64,000 nt of DNA, taken from assembly GCF_006345805.1 (NCBI RefSeq), contig NC_043013.1:33232001-33296000 (forward strand), given 5' to 3'. Under the pieces are notes generated by a model. The model saw only the letters and a list, made by a program, of their open reading frames with translations, had not been told where the DNA came from and ran no database searches. Positions 14,006 through 29,994 of the stretch are shown piece after piece; the first letter of the stretch is position 1; every line of letters begins with the position of its first letter. The position numbers and the translations under genes were made by a program. Source of the DNA: Octopus sinensis (Eukaryota).

Positions 14006-14439
14006 ATGTAGGTATGTATATATATGTCATAGGTAAAAAAAAATGGTTGAGAAACCGATACCCAGGAGCTGTGTGTTGGTGTTATTCTGCGGACAAATAA
14101 GCAGACCAGAATCAAAACCTTCATTGCTGCTGAAATGTAAACAATATTAATTTTCTAGAATTAAATAAAATTTCTGTGATTCCCAAACTGAAATTGTTGT
14201 AACTTACTTTCCAATAAGTTACAAAATCCTTTCACACATTTTTTACAAAGAGTTGGATACTGATTGTATTATTACAAAGGAGCAGTACGGATACCTGAAA
14301 GTGTAGCAACTCGTAAATCGAGGTTTAATGAGAAACAAGCAAAGAGCGAAGACTTAATATGATTTGGATTGCTTACTGAAGAGAATTTGCTAGTATACCA
14401 ACCAATCTCTTGGATATTAGAAACACTCGAACAGTAAGT

Positions 14440-15290
14440 AGCCAATCCCTATACTAACTAAAATTTTCAATAATGTTATGTAAAAATGAAAAACAAACAT
14501 CCTTGCAAGACGAAGAGAAGATAATTAAATCCAGGCGTATACCAATAAGTAGAGAAATCATCCAGCAAGTTATATAATATCCAATAATCTTTAACCTAAA
14601 CCTCATTCTTCGAGTAAAATCTATTTTAATGAAACAGCAAATAGATATAGATGCTCAAGACGATACCAACTGCCTTCTCTATATGGAAAGCTTTAATATA
14701 TCTACTCAGAATAATATAGAGCTACGTAAATCTACTTATAGTTTTTCATAAATTCTCGTATGACATTAATGAGAAAATAGATTTAGTGATATGTGCGAAA
14801 GTTACTGGAAGAAGACGGATATTATATAAATCTGATGACATTAAGTTAGATACATTCAGGATTTAGACCCGAATCAACCATCTGCATAGACATTTAGGAA
14901 GAGGTGAAACTGTTAAGAAGTAATACGTAGAAATGATGGAGAAAGTAAAAGAAAAAAATATTACAAAAGAAACTATCTGATATAGCGCTAAAGCTCGGAT
15001 GCTTCGTAGAAATACTTGGTGCAAATACACCGCATGCCATCCAGGAATAAACTACAACGTATAAATAATGATGCGGAAGTAAAATGATGAGCTCAGACAG
15101 AATAAAATAAAGCAACAAAAAAAAAAGGTATCGGCAAACAGTTTCCAAAATGGCACATCCAAAGCTTGTATGGATAAAGTTGTGTATCTACCTACAAATA
15201 ACGAGGTCGGACTGCCTACAAGTGGAAAACTAACTACAAAGAAGAACTTTGAAGGCCACAACACTTAGAATGGGAACCGTTTAGCATAAT
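14440..15290 (+). mobile_element. Highly decayed reverse-transcriptase region of an R4/Dong-like non-LTR retrotransposon
   Basis: Near 15148-15230, AATGGCACATCCAAAGC...TTGTGTATCTACC...GAGGTCGGACTG resembles the HPKAD.DRLYLPR..GGRGL motif; many stops. Confidence 0.5.
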
Positions 15291-15544
15291 AAGGAAATAT
15301 ATAGGAGTGGAAAAATGCTTTTCTGTTTATATAATTAAACAATAAAATAGAGATTGGAAACTAGCTGAAAAAACTCCCCCAGAAATTGAAGGAGACAGAA
15401 AGAAGACAAAAAAACAAACTGAAATCGGAATTGGAATATATACCCAGGAAGAAATGGAGAGTGATAAACAATAGCTCAGAAGCTTTGGCCAAAAAGCAAA
15501 ATAGGTGACCTGAGGACGGTGATGGGGAGAAGGAGGGCTGTGAT

Positions 15545-17110
<1,566 letters not shown>

Positions 17111-17519
17111 TTACCGGCTAATGATTTAGAGTACAGAGTAAGCAGCGGAGAGTAATAAAGCGAAACATACAGGAATTGGAGTTAGAAGAATATGAGACGG
17201 AAGACGAGATGGCGGAGAAAATTAGGCGACAAATTCGAAAGTTATTAAAGAAAAACACACACAAACATAGCAATCGACTGGAACAGTAGTAAGTGAGTAT
17301 ATAGCATTCTTCATTTAAATTGCATTAAGGCGAAACAGAATTTCGGAAAATGAAGACAAATATGGCCGCACTACCCGCCTCTGAGAAAATTACCGCATAC
17401 ATCCAAGAACTGTCGCGTGAGAGAATTAACACCTCTACACAACGTCAACACCCATATAACTTCATCGAAGACATCGTCGTTATCTGGTCAACGTTACCAT
17501 TATTATCTCGATAATGACA

Positions 17520-17625
17520 TCCACCATCATCATCATCATCATCATCATCATAATCATTATCATCGTGATCACCATGATCCACCTCCTCCACCTCTTCTGC
17601 TTTTCCTTCTTCTTCCTCGTCCATC

Positions 17626-17676
<51 letters not shown>

Positions 17677-17680
17677 ATAT
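17520..17680. repeat. (CAT)n arrays interrupted by CCT/CTT
   Basis: Direct reading; opposite polarity to the upstream GAT field. Confidence 0.95.
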
Positions 17681-17975
17681 CTTCATCATGATCGATGTTA
17701 CTGATCTGTGGAGCATTAATTCATTTTCTGTTTAATTTCTTTCCTCGCATTTTTACGCAATTTATTATATATTATATATATTGTAGTGTTACGACGTATA
17801 TTAACTCGGAAGATTACGTATGTAGTAATATATATGTAGATATACACGCGTTCCTGCACTCGAAGACACACGCGCATACACGTACACGCAACCCCTATAG
17901 ACACACATGCCTATATGTACACATACATATGTCTGTGCGAGTATACATTCATACCTAGTTACATACATCCCTACA

Positions 17976-18055
<80 letters not shown>

Positions 18056-18168
18056 CAATATATATGTGTGGTGTGTGTGTAGATATAGATATAGATATAT
18101 ATTATATGTATACATATATATATACATATACATATATATATACATATGTATGTATATATATATGTATG

Positions 18169-18223
<55 letters not shown>

Positions 18224-18628
18224 ATGCACAATTACATATACAGCATATATTCATACATACGTAAATACGTATATGCATTTACGCGGTATATAGACACACA
18301 TATATTTTGCAATTTCTTGAAGCTAATTTCAATCCATGATCTGATATAAGTTTTATATTCTAGCCAAATTGCTTATGTTTACCTTCAAATTTATATATAA
18401 TTAACATGTTAGGAAGCACAACGTTCTCTCTAGCAACGTATTTCGAGTCCTCATTCCTGTATAATGAAGCACTCGTTCGTTAATCATGTGCTTTGTCTTA
18501 TGTAAATGATTCATAGCAATGTATAGTTAAATGGGTAGATTAGAGGCAGGGAATATGTATGGGAGAATTATATGAAGCTACACACGTACGATACACAGAC
18601 ACACACACACAGACACAGACACAACACT

Positions 18629-18659
<31 letters not shown>

Positions 18660-18860
18660 GTGTGTGAGAGTTGGTATTATATAAGTCTGTTTCTGTGTAC
18701 GGAGTTATGTAGAGATGTGTGTATATGTACATATATATGTTTATGGAGGCATTCTCTTATGTATGTATGTTGGAATGCATGTAGGTACATACGTACGTAC
18801 GTACGTATGTATGTATGTATTATGTATGTATGTATGTATGTATGTACGTATGTATCTATA

Positions 18861-18894
<34 letters not shown>

Positions 18895-19114
18895 CCTAGC
18901 TCTCTATCAGTGCACCTATTTATCTGCCTATGCCAATATACTCTTTTCTATATATCTCTTACTGTATTTCTTTTTCTCTATATTTCGCTATCTGTACAGA
19001 TAGACAGGCACACATACATGTATATGTATATGTGTGTGTGTTGCGTAGTACGTATGTGTGCATGTGCGTATGTATATATATATATGTATATATATATATG
19101 TGTGTATTACTCTT

Positions 19115-19353
19115 TACTCTTTTACTTTTCTCAGTTATTTGACTATGGCAATGATGGAGCACCGCCTTTAGTCAACCAAATCGACCCCAGGATTTTGTAA
19201 GCCTATTACTTATTTTATCGGCCACTTTTGCCGAACCGCTAAGTTACAGGGACGTAAACACACCAGCATCGGTTGTCAAGCGATGTTGGAGGGACAAACA
19301 AAGACACACAAATTTATACACATATACATACTTACATACACACACACACACAC

Positions 19354-19398
<45 letters not shown>

Positions 19399-19590
19399 TA
19401 TATATATATATATATATGTATGTACATATATACGACGGGCTTCTTTCAGTTTCCGTCTACCAAATCCACTCACAAGGCTTTGGCCGGCTCGAGGCTATAG
19501 TAGAAGACACTTGCCCAAGGTGCCATGCTGTGGGACTGAACCCGGAATCATGTGATTCATAAGCAAGCTACTTACCACACAGACACTCAT
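19115..19590 (-). mobile_element. SINE family B, near full length, with internal (CA)n(TA)n
   Basis: Tail CTCTTTACTCTTTTAC, GGAGCACCGCCTTTAGTC, ACGGGCTTCTTTCAGTTTCCGTCTACC, and head GGGACTGAACCCGG...CTACTTACCACACAG. Confidence 0.92.
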
Positions 19591-19619
19591 ATATATAAAT
19601 ATCTATGTATATGAGAGTG

Positions 19620-19651
<32 letters not shown>

Positions 19652-21528
19652 ATTTACAGAGAGAGACAAAGAGAGACCGATTGATAGATAGATGGATGGA
19701 TGGATACACTTATGTGCATACATGCACACATATGTATATATATATGTTGTCCTGTAAATATCATTGGGAGATAATAGGTTGTTGGCATTTAAAGGAGAAA
19801 AATAAAACATCAAATTCTTTAGGATTCGAGCGTTGCTGAAAAATGACCGTTAACTCTATATCGAATAAAGCTGTTAATGCGAAGCTGAGCATCCGGTGCG
19901 CGGACACTACTGCCAACTGGTCCACAAGGAAAAGAAATGTGATCACAAGCTTCTCATGATAAACTACAATTTTTTTAATTGAAGAAAATTGAGCGATGAG
20001 TACCCGCACAGACTCCCACAAAAATGTACTCACTCCCAGCAAAAAATTAGAAGGAACATATGCTTAAATATGAGAATAGTCACATGGGAATGCTTGGGTG
20101 AGCATTTGTAGTATAACTATAGACACAGAGAGACAATAGAGATTGCGGTATATATCTACATAGCTTTACGGTCCTAAGTTTAGAACCACATATAACTTAA
20201 CCAAGTATCTCTCCGGTATTGATAATATATATTAATATTTCTAAGTCTCTCTAAAGGAGACTACGGCTGCGGTACTGGATATTAATAGTTATCGCCAAGC
20301 TAACATGGCAGTCGAGAAAAACAGGACGAATGCTGCCGTTGATTAACTCCAAAAGGCCATCGCTTCTAGCCAGCAATGTGACACACGAACCTGTGTCCAG
20401 TATGGATTACCTGTTAAATATATCATGTATTTAAATACAGACACCATAATACTTGTTTTTTTATTATCATTGAGGGAAAATGGTGAGCAGGCAGAATCTA
20501 GCGTTGGAAAAAAACGTATTTTGCGGTATTTATTTTGACCGGATATGACTTCGACAATATTAGTAAAAATCCAACTGAGATTATGTATTATTCGTCAGAC
20601 GTTCGCCGAAGCTCCGGGCGCTTATATGACAAAAGAGCCGGTGTTACGTAATCCCTATCTGATTACGAAACCTCTGTTCGTTTGACGCCTTATACTTACA
20701 TATATAAAGCTATAGATATATATTTATAGTACAGTGAACAGTTGCAAATTTGCTCGAACAAAAAAAACACGTCAACATCATTATTACAAATATCGTAGTA
20801 AAAATTCATCATCTCCACCACCACTATCATCCCTGCAACCGCCGACACCAGTACCAGTAGCAGCAGCACCACCCCCACTCCCCATCACCACTACCACCAG
20901 CACCACCACCACCAGCTCTTCCATCACCAGCACTTCCATCACCAGCACCTCCACCATCACCATCATCATCATTATCATTATCAACGTCATTTAAAATCAT
21001 AAGAACAACATGGAATTAGTGTTTCTAGTTATTTATTTTCTTCCTATTGACAGTATTAAGCTATTTTATGGTTGACATTAAGTGTTTTAGGATTAAACAC
21101 ACACACACACACACACATACACACACATACACACACATACGCACACACTAGCAAACCTAACACAACAAACCAAAAGTCCATAAAAAATTTGCTTCTGGTG
21201 TATGCACATTTCGATGTAAATTCTTCAGTATGTGTCGAATATAACTCTGCAGGAATATTTTTCCAAAAGGAGAGTACGTCATCAGATGTTAATAAACAGG
21301 TTTTGTTTCTTTTAAAACAAGTACTTTATCACATCGCGTGTCATCACTCATGAGATTCTTGAAAAGAAACGAGGAATATTTACGTTTTTATTACATTTTA
21401 CAGTTGGTAGTTCTTAATTTTTTTTTTTGATTTCTTTTTTTGCACTTAAGATTTTGGGGAGGTGGGAATTATATATTTAATATCGGTGAATCCACATATT
21501 CAAGACGCATATATACATATAATATATA

Positions 21529-21572
<44 letters not shown>

Positions 21573-21979
21573 CATGCGCAAACACGCTGCGAACACATCA
21601 TCACACAACCACATACGAACGCACACGCAAACATGCATATATGTAGTAATGGAAAGAGCATTAAGAATTCAGTATACGACTCAGCACATAGTAGAGTAGA
21701 AAACGTATTCATTTATTAAGAGTTAAAGGCTGTAATATTATAATCAGCCAAAAGCGTCCATACATCCAAAATGTTTTAAAATATTATCTCTATAAAAGTA
21801 CTTGCATGTTGAAACAGCTGTAAGGTTTCAAAGCATTTAATCCGTATCTATCTGTCTATCTGTCTGTCTGTCTAATTAGAAATCCACCTGTCTATCAATT
21901 TATCCATATATGTATATACATACATATATAGATGAATGTATATATATATGTATATGTGTATATATATATATATGTATGT

Positions 21980-22392
21980 ATTGCTCTTTTACTCTTTTAC
22001 ATCTTTCAGTCATTTGACTGTGGCCATGCTGGAGCACCGCCTTTAGCCGAGCAAATCGACCCTGGGACTTATTCTTTGTAAGCCCAGTACTTATTCTATC
22101 GGTCTCATTTGCCGAACTGCTAAGTGACGCGGACGTAAACACACCAGCATCGGTTGTCAAGCAATGCTAGGGGGACAAACACAGACACACAAACACATAC
22201 ACACACATACATATATATATATACATATATACGACAGGCTTCTTTCAGTTTCCGTCTACCAAATCCACTCACAAGGCATTGGTCGACCCGGGGCTATAGC
22301 AGAAGACACTTGCCCAAGATGCCACGCAGTGGGACTGAACCCGGAACCATGTGGTTGAGCAAGCTACTTACCACACAGCCACTCCTGCGCTT
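21980..22392 (-). mobile_element. SINE family B, full length
   Basis: Same blocks as 19115-19590; ends CAGCCACTCCTGCGC. Confidence 0.93.
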
Positions 22393-22395
22393 ATG

Positions 22396-22458
<63 letters not shown>

Positions 22459-23034
22459 ATATATATATGTATGTATGTATGTATATACATATATACATAT
22501 ATACATACACTCACACACATACACTCAGACACATATATAGGGAAAATAAGACAAGGTAGAAAATGCTAAAATAATTTTATCATTTTGTAATGGTAAGTAC
22601 CGGCTTCTGCCTTTTCGACTTTTTCAACTGAGAGTAAAATAAAGGTTTATATTAATTATTAAGAAAACCAGTGAAATTGAAGAACAAATTAAATGCAATG
22701 AATTGTAAATATTTCAATAGTCTTCAAATAAGGGGGTACATTTTTCTCTTTGTCTCTCTGTCATTTTCTCTTTTCGTTTGTGAAGGTAGATAGTAGCAGA
22801 TCGGAAAAATCGTCTTCGTAGGTGCAAAGATATATTCGGTTCTGAAGTTTGATGGTTTAAGCAGTAGCAGCTGATGAAAAATAAGAAAAAAGGAGAAGAA
22901 GAAGAAGAAGAAGAAGAAGAAGAAGAAGAAGAAGATATTGACTTGACAGTTATCACTTACGTAAAGTAGCTAATATTACTACACTATTATTATTTGTATT
23001 CTTTAAGGTTTTTTTTTCTTTTTTTAATGTCTTG

Positions 23035-23250
23035 AACTGGCAGAATTGTTTGCATGCTGGGCAAAATAGTTGGTGGCGTTTATTCGGCTTTACGTTCTGA
23101 GTTCAATTTCAGCGCAGGTTAGCGTCACACTTTATCATCTCAGGATTGATAAAGTAAGATGCCTTTCAAGTACTTGTGTTACTGCATTCGACTAAGATTC
23201 TCCTCCCCACCACTCCTGATATTACTGGCTTTGTGCCAAAATTCGAAACT
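23035..23250 (+). mobile_element. Decayed SINE family A with tail B
   Basis: GAACTGGCAGAATTG...TTACGTTCTGAGTTCAATTTC...GGCTTTGTGCCAAAATTCGAAAC. Confidence 0.6.
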
Positions 23251-23659
23251 GTTGTTAGTATTTTTGTGAAAGTAATTTGCGTTGATTTCGGCTGATTTAT
23301 GCTCGTTACAATATTTTATCAACCATCTTGAACTCATTAACTATGGCCAACACAACACGTATCGTATCAACGTCGTTGATTATTCAGCGCTAAAAGGAGG
23401 TGGGGTGGAAGTGGGGAAGGGAAAGAAAGGAGAGGGGGAAAGGAAATAGTAAAAATGGAGAATAGGATAAAGAAGAAAAAAGATGAAGATAGAGGAGAGG
23501 TAAAAGATGAAGACGGGGTATAAGTAATATGAAACAAACGAGGTGGAAGAGAAAGGGTTAGAAGACGAAGACGAAGAAAGAGAAAAAGGAGGAAAACAGG
23601 AAATAGAAAAAAGAGGTAGAGAGGACGAAGGCATAGGAGGGGAACAGGCAGGATGCGTG

Positions 23660-23900
23660 GCAGTAGTATTAGTATTAGTATTAGTACTAGTAGTAGTAGT
23701 AGTACTAGTAATAGTAGTAGTAGCAGTAGTAGTAGTAGCAGTAATAGTAGTAATGGTAGTATTAGCAGCAATAGTGGTAGAAGTAGTAACAGTTGTAGTA
23801 ATTGTAGTAGCAGCAGTAGTAGTTGTAGTAGTAATAATAGTAGTTGTAGTAATAGTAGTAGCATTAGTAGAAGAGTTGAAGAGGACGAACTAATAGGGTG

Positions 23901-23932
<32 letters not shown>

Positions 23933-24185
23933 AAGAAGACGAAGAAGAAGAAGAAGAAGAAGAAGAAAAAGAAGAAAAAGAAAAAGAAGACAAAATGAAG
24001 AAGAAAAAGAAGACAAAGAAAAAGAAGAAGAAGAAGAAGAAGAAGAAGAAGAAGAAGAAGAAGAAGAAGAAAAAGAAGAAGAGGAGGAAAAAGAAGACGA
24101 GGAAGAAAAAGAAGAAGAAGAAGGGGAGGAAAAAGAAGAAGAGGAAGAAGAAAAAGAAGAAGAGGAAGAAGAATAAGAGGTAGTA
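23660..24185. repeat. (GTA)n/(GAA)n compound microsatellite
   Basis: Direct reading; source of the poly-E/K/S ORFs. Confidence 0.95.
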
Positions 24186-24934
24186 GAGGAGGAAGGAGAA
24201 GTACTACATATGTGAATGAAGTATGAAACGATTTTCGGAGAAGGACTAACAATTAATTTAGTAGATACTTATTTAGCGATAACAAAATTTCTAATTCTAA
24301 GAAGCAGTAAAACTGAGTTAAGCTCACGATGTTTCTATGAAGTAATGAGTTTCTTTGATAACCAAACATAGGAACCGAACGCTAATAAAAACTTTTCCTG
24401 CGTTTACAATAAAGAAATAAATTAATGAATAGATAAAGCAAAAAAACACACACACTAATTTAATGAATAATTATAATATACTATTTGTATTTTGAGATCT
24501 ATGAGAAAAAATAGTTGATAATAAACATTACATAAGAGTGACTGGTGAAAACAATGTTATGTGAGGTTATGGATTTTTGCTCGTGTGATGAATTCTATAA
24601 AGCACAACTACAATGTTATCAGCCATATCAAAATGTTAGAAATAGCAGCTAAATTTCATTCAGATCACATTATATACCGATGTTAAGAAATCTCACATTG
24701 GATAATGTGATCACGAGTGCCATATGTGTATGAAAAATAAAAAAAATAATATGTATCACATTTTCCGGCATACAAGCCGAATTTTACAGCAAAGATAAAA
24801 AAAAAATAACAGAAGCAAAAACGAAAAATGGAGATTGATTTGTACACAAAGACAACTCTGAAGAACTAAAAATATCATGCGAAATGCAGTAGGATTTGGA
24901 AAGATGGTGACGAAGATATATGTCTACACGATAC

Positions 24935-25355
24935 ATTCTTTACTCTAGGCATAAAGGCCCGAAATTTTGGGGGAGGGAGCCAGTCGATTAGATCGCCCCC
25001 AGTATGAAATAGGTACTTAATTTATCGACCTTCGGAAGGATGAAAAGCAAAGTCGACCTCGGCGGAATTTGAACTTAGAACGTAAAGACAGACGAAATTC
25101 GGCTAAACATTTCACCCGGCGTGCTAACGTTTCTTATATCTTTATTGCCCACAAGGGGCTAAACATAGAGGGGACAAACAAGGACAGAGAAACGGATTAA
25201 GTCGATTACATCGACCCCAGTGCGTAACTGGTACTTAATTTATCGACCCCGAAAGGATGAAAGGCAAAGTCGACCTCGGTGGAATTTGAACTCAGAACGT
25301 AAGGACAGACGACATACGGCTAAGCGTTTCACCCGGCATGTTAACGTTTCTGCCA
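24935..25355 (-). mobile_element. SINE family A dimer (unit 1 with tail A, unit 2 with tail B)
   Basis: Two bodies. The second starts at AAACGTTAGCACG directly after GGGCAATAAAGATATAAG. Confidence 0.88.
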
Positions 25356-25534
25356 GCTCACCGTCTTATAAACACGATATACTACGTCAAATAGTGTGCA
25401 GTAAAAGACAGTAAAAAAAGTAACTGAAATGTCTTGTATCATGAATCTGTTCCATTAATGCTGCTCTGGGCTTAAACAGCAACGACAACGAAAACAAATT
25501 GATATTCTACATATTTTAAAGATAATATACTTTA

Positions 25535-25792
25535 TATCATTTACATTATTTACATTCGACGACTGTTTGTCCTCATCTTGTTTGTTGTTAACACAACTTT
25601 TCGGCTGATATACCCTCCAACCTTCATCAGGTGTCTTGGGGAAATTTCGAACCTGGGTTCTCATTCCTAAGGCATTTTTCGATGTTGTTGTTATCATTAT
25701 TATTATTATTATTCAGGTCACTGCTTTGGAATAGAACTCGGAATATTGGGGTTAGTAACCCGCGCTCTTAACCACTACGCCATATGTCCGTG
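25535..25792 (-). mobile_element. SINE family C: tRNA-like head, (AAT)n linker and hammerhead-containing 3' part
   Basis: A-box TGGCGTAGTGG (25782-25772), degenerate B-box GAGTTCTATTCC, (AAT)n, then AAGACAC-CTGATGA-A-GGTTG...CAGCC-GAAA-AGTT-GTGTT. Confidence 0.85.
25590..25637 (-). ncRNA. Minimal type I hammerhead ribozyme motif (degenerate helix III)
   Basis: Core CUGAUGA and GAAA; helix II GGUUG/CAGCC; helix I GACAC/GUGUU; AAGU in place of palindromic ACGU. Confidence 0.6.
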
Positions 25793-26189
25793 AAATGTAA
25801 TATTCTTTAAGTAATGTGCTTGTAATGCGTGATATATTTCTCTTTAATCATGCGCGAAGTGGATATTAGAATTTCCAGACATGAGTTTTCAATTGCATGA
25901 TTGCATGAAGAGCGATGCTCATTGAATTATCGTGTCACTGGCTGAACATTCCATAGTCATACTCCTTATATAATTTGAAAGCGGATCCAGCGTGACATGT
26001 TTCCCTTGTTTGGATTTATTAATTCCAGCCACTACCCATCCATAACATTTTCGACCTATCTAATTTCAAATTTAAGGATTTATTTGAACTGAGGTTACAG
26101 TAAAATAAATTCACCCAAGATGCGGCGCAGTGGGACTGAAATCTCGATCAAATAATTGCGAAGAGAACGTGTTAACTATTCGGCAATAC

Positions 26190-26480
26190 TACGCCTACAT
26201 TTGACTAGCGGTCGAGGGATCGCGGGTTCGAATCTCAGACCGGAGGAGGTGGGTATTTATAAGCGAAACAGCTAAGCTCCACCCTACTCCGGCAGAATGT
26301 AATTAGCTTTCCTCTGTTGACTCTTTCGCCCCAACTTTCTCTCGCTCTTTCTTCCTGCATTTAACAGCTCACCGGCGACGGACCGTTGTCCCGTCCAAGT
26401 GGGGAACCTATGTCACAATGAAACCGATGTCAATGAAACCAGGAAACTGGCCCTTATGATCCAAGCATTGCTCGAGAAGG
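26190..26480 (+). mobile_element. tRNA-derived SINE family E
   Basis: B-box GGGTTCGAATCTC (~26224); body CTCTTTCGCCCCAACTTTCTCTC shared with 29995-30160 and 47390-47657. Confidence 0.7.
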
Positions 26481-26704
26481 AGCAACAAACAATATTGCAC
26501 TTGTGCGTACTGTACCTGTGAGGAACATTGTTATATTTTCGATGCTATTACTGTTTTTGACTAAGGTTGCTTAAGTCTAAACAGTGACAAACAATAACAA
26601 GCAAGTGATTTTTCGCATTTACAGTGAAATTCCTCTCAAAGTAACATCGTTCTATTTTAAAAAGTGAAATGAGTGCTTGGATATTGTAATAATTGATAGA
26701 CAAG

Positions 26705-27290
26705 GGCGGCGAGCTGGCAGAATCGTTAGCACGCCGGGCGAAATACTTAGCGGTATTTCGTTTACCGTTACGTTCTGAGTTCAAATTCTGCCGAGGTCGA
26801 CTTTACCTTTCATCCTTTCGGGGTTGATAAATTAAGTACCAGTTATGCACTGGGTTCTATGTAATCGACTTAATCTGTTTGTCTGTCCTTGTTTATCCCA
26901 TCTGTGTTTAGCCCCTTGTGGGTAGTAAAGAAATAGGTATTTCGTCTACCGTTACGTTCTGAGTTCAAATTCCACCGAGGTCAATTTTGCCTTTCATCGT
27001 TTCGGCGTCGATTAAGTAAGTACCAGTTGCGCACTGGAGTCGAAATAATCGACTTAATCCATTTGTCTGCCCTTGTTTGTCCTCTCTGTGTTTAGCCCCT
27101 TGTGGGTAGTAAAGAAATAGGTATTTCGTCTACCGTTACGTTCTGAGTTCAGATTCCGCCGTGGTCGACTTTGCTTTTCATCCTTCCAGGGATGGATAAA
27201 TTAAGTACCGGTTGCGTACTGGACCGATCTAATCGACTGCCCCCTCGCTCCAAATTTCGGGCCTTGTGCCCAGAGTAGAAAAGAATAATT
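26705..27290 (+). mobile_element. SINE family A trimer
   Basis: Head at 26705; AAAGAAATA|GGTATTTCG junctions at ~26936 and ~27120 (184-bp period); terminal tail B GGCCTTGTGCCCAGAGTAGAAAAG. Confidence 0.92.
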
Positions 27291-29751
27291 GATAGACATG
27301 TAAATGTAAGAAGAACTTGAATGGAAAACTTTTGGTTATGGATCTTAGTGATCTTGGTTGACTAAGATCTACATCTGCTTTGATGTCGACTAGCATTTTT
27401 TCAATCAACTGAAAAACCCCTTGAATTAGCATTTAACACAGAAGTATCTCTCCAACTTGATCCGAGTGTGTGACACGTATGTAATCTTGGATTTCAATCA
27501 CAAATATTCCTAATCGATTTTCTGAAACACAAACCATTTATGAAGTTTCACTAACAAATCTTGAGGCGATCCAAGGTAATTGTAAATGCCATTTGCTTAA
27601 GATGTCACGCAATGATATCGAACCCGTGACCTCGTGATTGCAAAGCGAATTTTTTAACCAATCGGTCATGCTACATCTTCCAGCTAAATAAATATTAATT
27701 AGAACATATAAACGCCCGTGTCTAAAAACACAATTACAAAGACTTCTCCACCTTGCCGGTCCTCCCAACCCCGAGAAATCAACATTGTTTTATATCAAAT
27801 ATATTTCCGCATGTCTAGATCTGATATTAGTTTATATTTAAATATCTTTGATACAAGTATCATTAATTTAGCCTTTGCTATTTTTAAGTTTAAAAACTGT
27901 TGTAGTTTTGTTTTATTCTTTTCTTCTTATTATTATATAAAATTATTATTGTAGACAAAAATATTGATAAAAAATAGCAATTTATTAAATTGACCGATCA
28001 AACATCGATCTCTTCATAAATATGATCTATCACTTAATTTGGAAATTCAATTTACTCTTGATTCTCTTTTTATGTTCGCCGAATACTTTGTATTTCACTC
28101 GTTATGCCTGAGTGGATGTATTATCAGACTCTTAAACCGTGGCTTCTGGAGTTCATATCACTCCACTAGAATAACGTTCTGTCAGGTATGTATAAATATC
28201 TTTCTCCTTCTCAGACTCTCTCTCTCTCTTTCTCTATCTACCTATTATTTTTGTTAAACTTAAATACATAGATACATAGAAACACACATGTGCATACACG
28301 CATACACATTTGCAGACAAAGACGAATACATACATGTATGCATGAATACATACATACATACATAGATACATATGTACATGTATATGTATCGACTTACCTA
28401 TTTGATCTCTTTCCCTCTATATGTATATGCATACATGATTATATATGTGTGTATGTATTATGTATTTATATATATCTATGTGTGTGTGTGTATGCATGAA
28501 TGTATGTAGATATGGGTCTGAGTGTGTGTAATTTTACATTCGCGTTTTTGCGTATGTCTATGTATTTCTGTTTAACTATTCATTAATCTTTTTATAGCTT
28601 CATAACATTCAATGTTGTAAACAGAACTAACAAAAGTTTTAGAGACGTATAATGGCAATCTAGAAGACACAGCCAAATTCTACGGACAAATAAGTAGGTA
28701 TTGAATACATGATCGGCTCCAGGAATAGTTTTAACGTATGTAATGGAAGAAAATTGAGTCTGCGAAGTCTGAACTGAAATAGAGTAATGAAAAATCACCA
28801 TACAAAAGATAAGTTTGATTACATATATTTACTAAAATCAATAGGTGAACAAGATTTACTACCTGTCAGATTAATACAAAGGGCTCAAGGAACAGAAGAC
28901 TCATAACAAATGGTTTTTACCATTATAAAGAACCCAAACGAAAAGTGGAGAACAGTTGCAGAAGCGAACAGAGAAAGGAAAAGTGGACAACAGAAAACTA
29001 GAGAATAAATATTAAGAAATAAATTGGAAACTAAATGTGTTAAATTTTGCTAAAGTTAAAAATAAGTGATCGTACTTCAAGTAAACATTCCTGAACGAGC
29101 AAACATTTGCATTTAGATAACTCTCTCGAACATATGTTTGAGTAAATTATACCATACTTCAGTTTTCATTCTGAGTGCCTAGGTCGTCGCGAGCATAGAC
29201 ATGTTCACAGCTGTTTCAGAATTGAGCCAGATGAATATCTCGGATGAGGCAGTAGGAGCAATAGGGGCTACGGTTCCAGAGCCTGTCTTGTGTTTAATTT
29301 GTAGACATAGACATAAACTGGCATTCATTACAGATTAGCGGACCGGTGCAACATGGATTAAACTGCTTTTCTGCCTAGTCTAGCAACTATACAAATGAAT
29401 TTGCGATTATTTGTCGAACACTCTAAGCATTGATCCACACGATATATGAATAACAGCATCTGCAGCTATATAGATAACGGCCACAATAGCTATAGATGCG
29501 GTGTCAATTCCGAATGACAACCCCTCCAACAAGAGGTTTGAAATTTGGGATTGAAATCTTATATTTATTTGCCGGTGAAAATAAATATAATATTTTCGTC
29601 CGAGAAAGGGCACATGAGGAATTTTACTAAGATTTCAAGGCGGTTAGGAGAATCCTAATTGTAAGGAGCACATATTTTGTAAGTACTGAGTAGATCAATA
29701 TAATAAAAAGTTTGTTGTTTTGTAAATATGCAAAAATATTCATACCATATA

Positions 29752-29970
29752 CAGTAATCTCTCGCCATATCGCGGTTCACCTATCGCGGTTTATTATTTA
29801 AGCTTACGACTTCCTCTGTGGTGTTGTTTTGCATTTATAATAAAATAAATATATACAAATAATACAAATAATTAAAAAATATACAATACAGTACTTCTTC
29901 TACTTCGCGGATTTTGACCTATCGCGGGAGGTTTTGGATCGTAACAACCGCGATAGTCGAGAGATTACTG
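29752..29970. mobile_element. Tc1/mariner (pogo/Tigger-like) MITE, 219 bp
   Basis: Perfect 13-bp TIR CAGTAATCTCTCG / CGAGAGATTACTG with TA on both flanks; internal ATCGCGG repeats. Confidence 0.85.
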
Positions 29971-29994
29971 TACTAAAGTCATTGCTACTATTTA

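Noticed and set aside
14208-14294. Minus-strand exon with good AG/GT signals
   Set aside because: Stops in all three frames; cannot be supported as coding.
29180-29340. ~50-codon open frames on both strands
   Set aside because: Short, unrecognised and expected by chance at this GC content.
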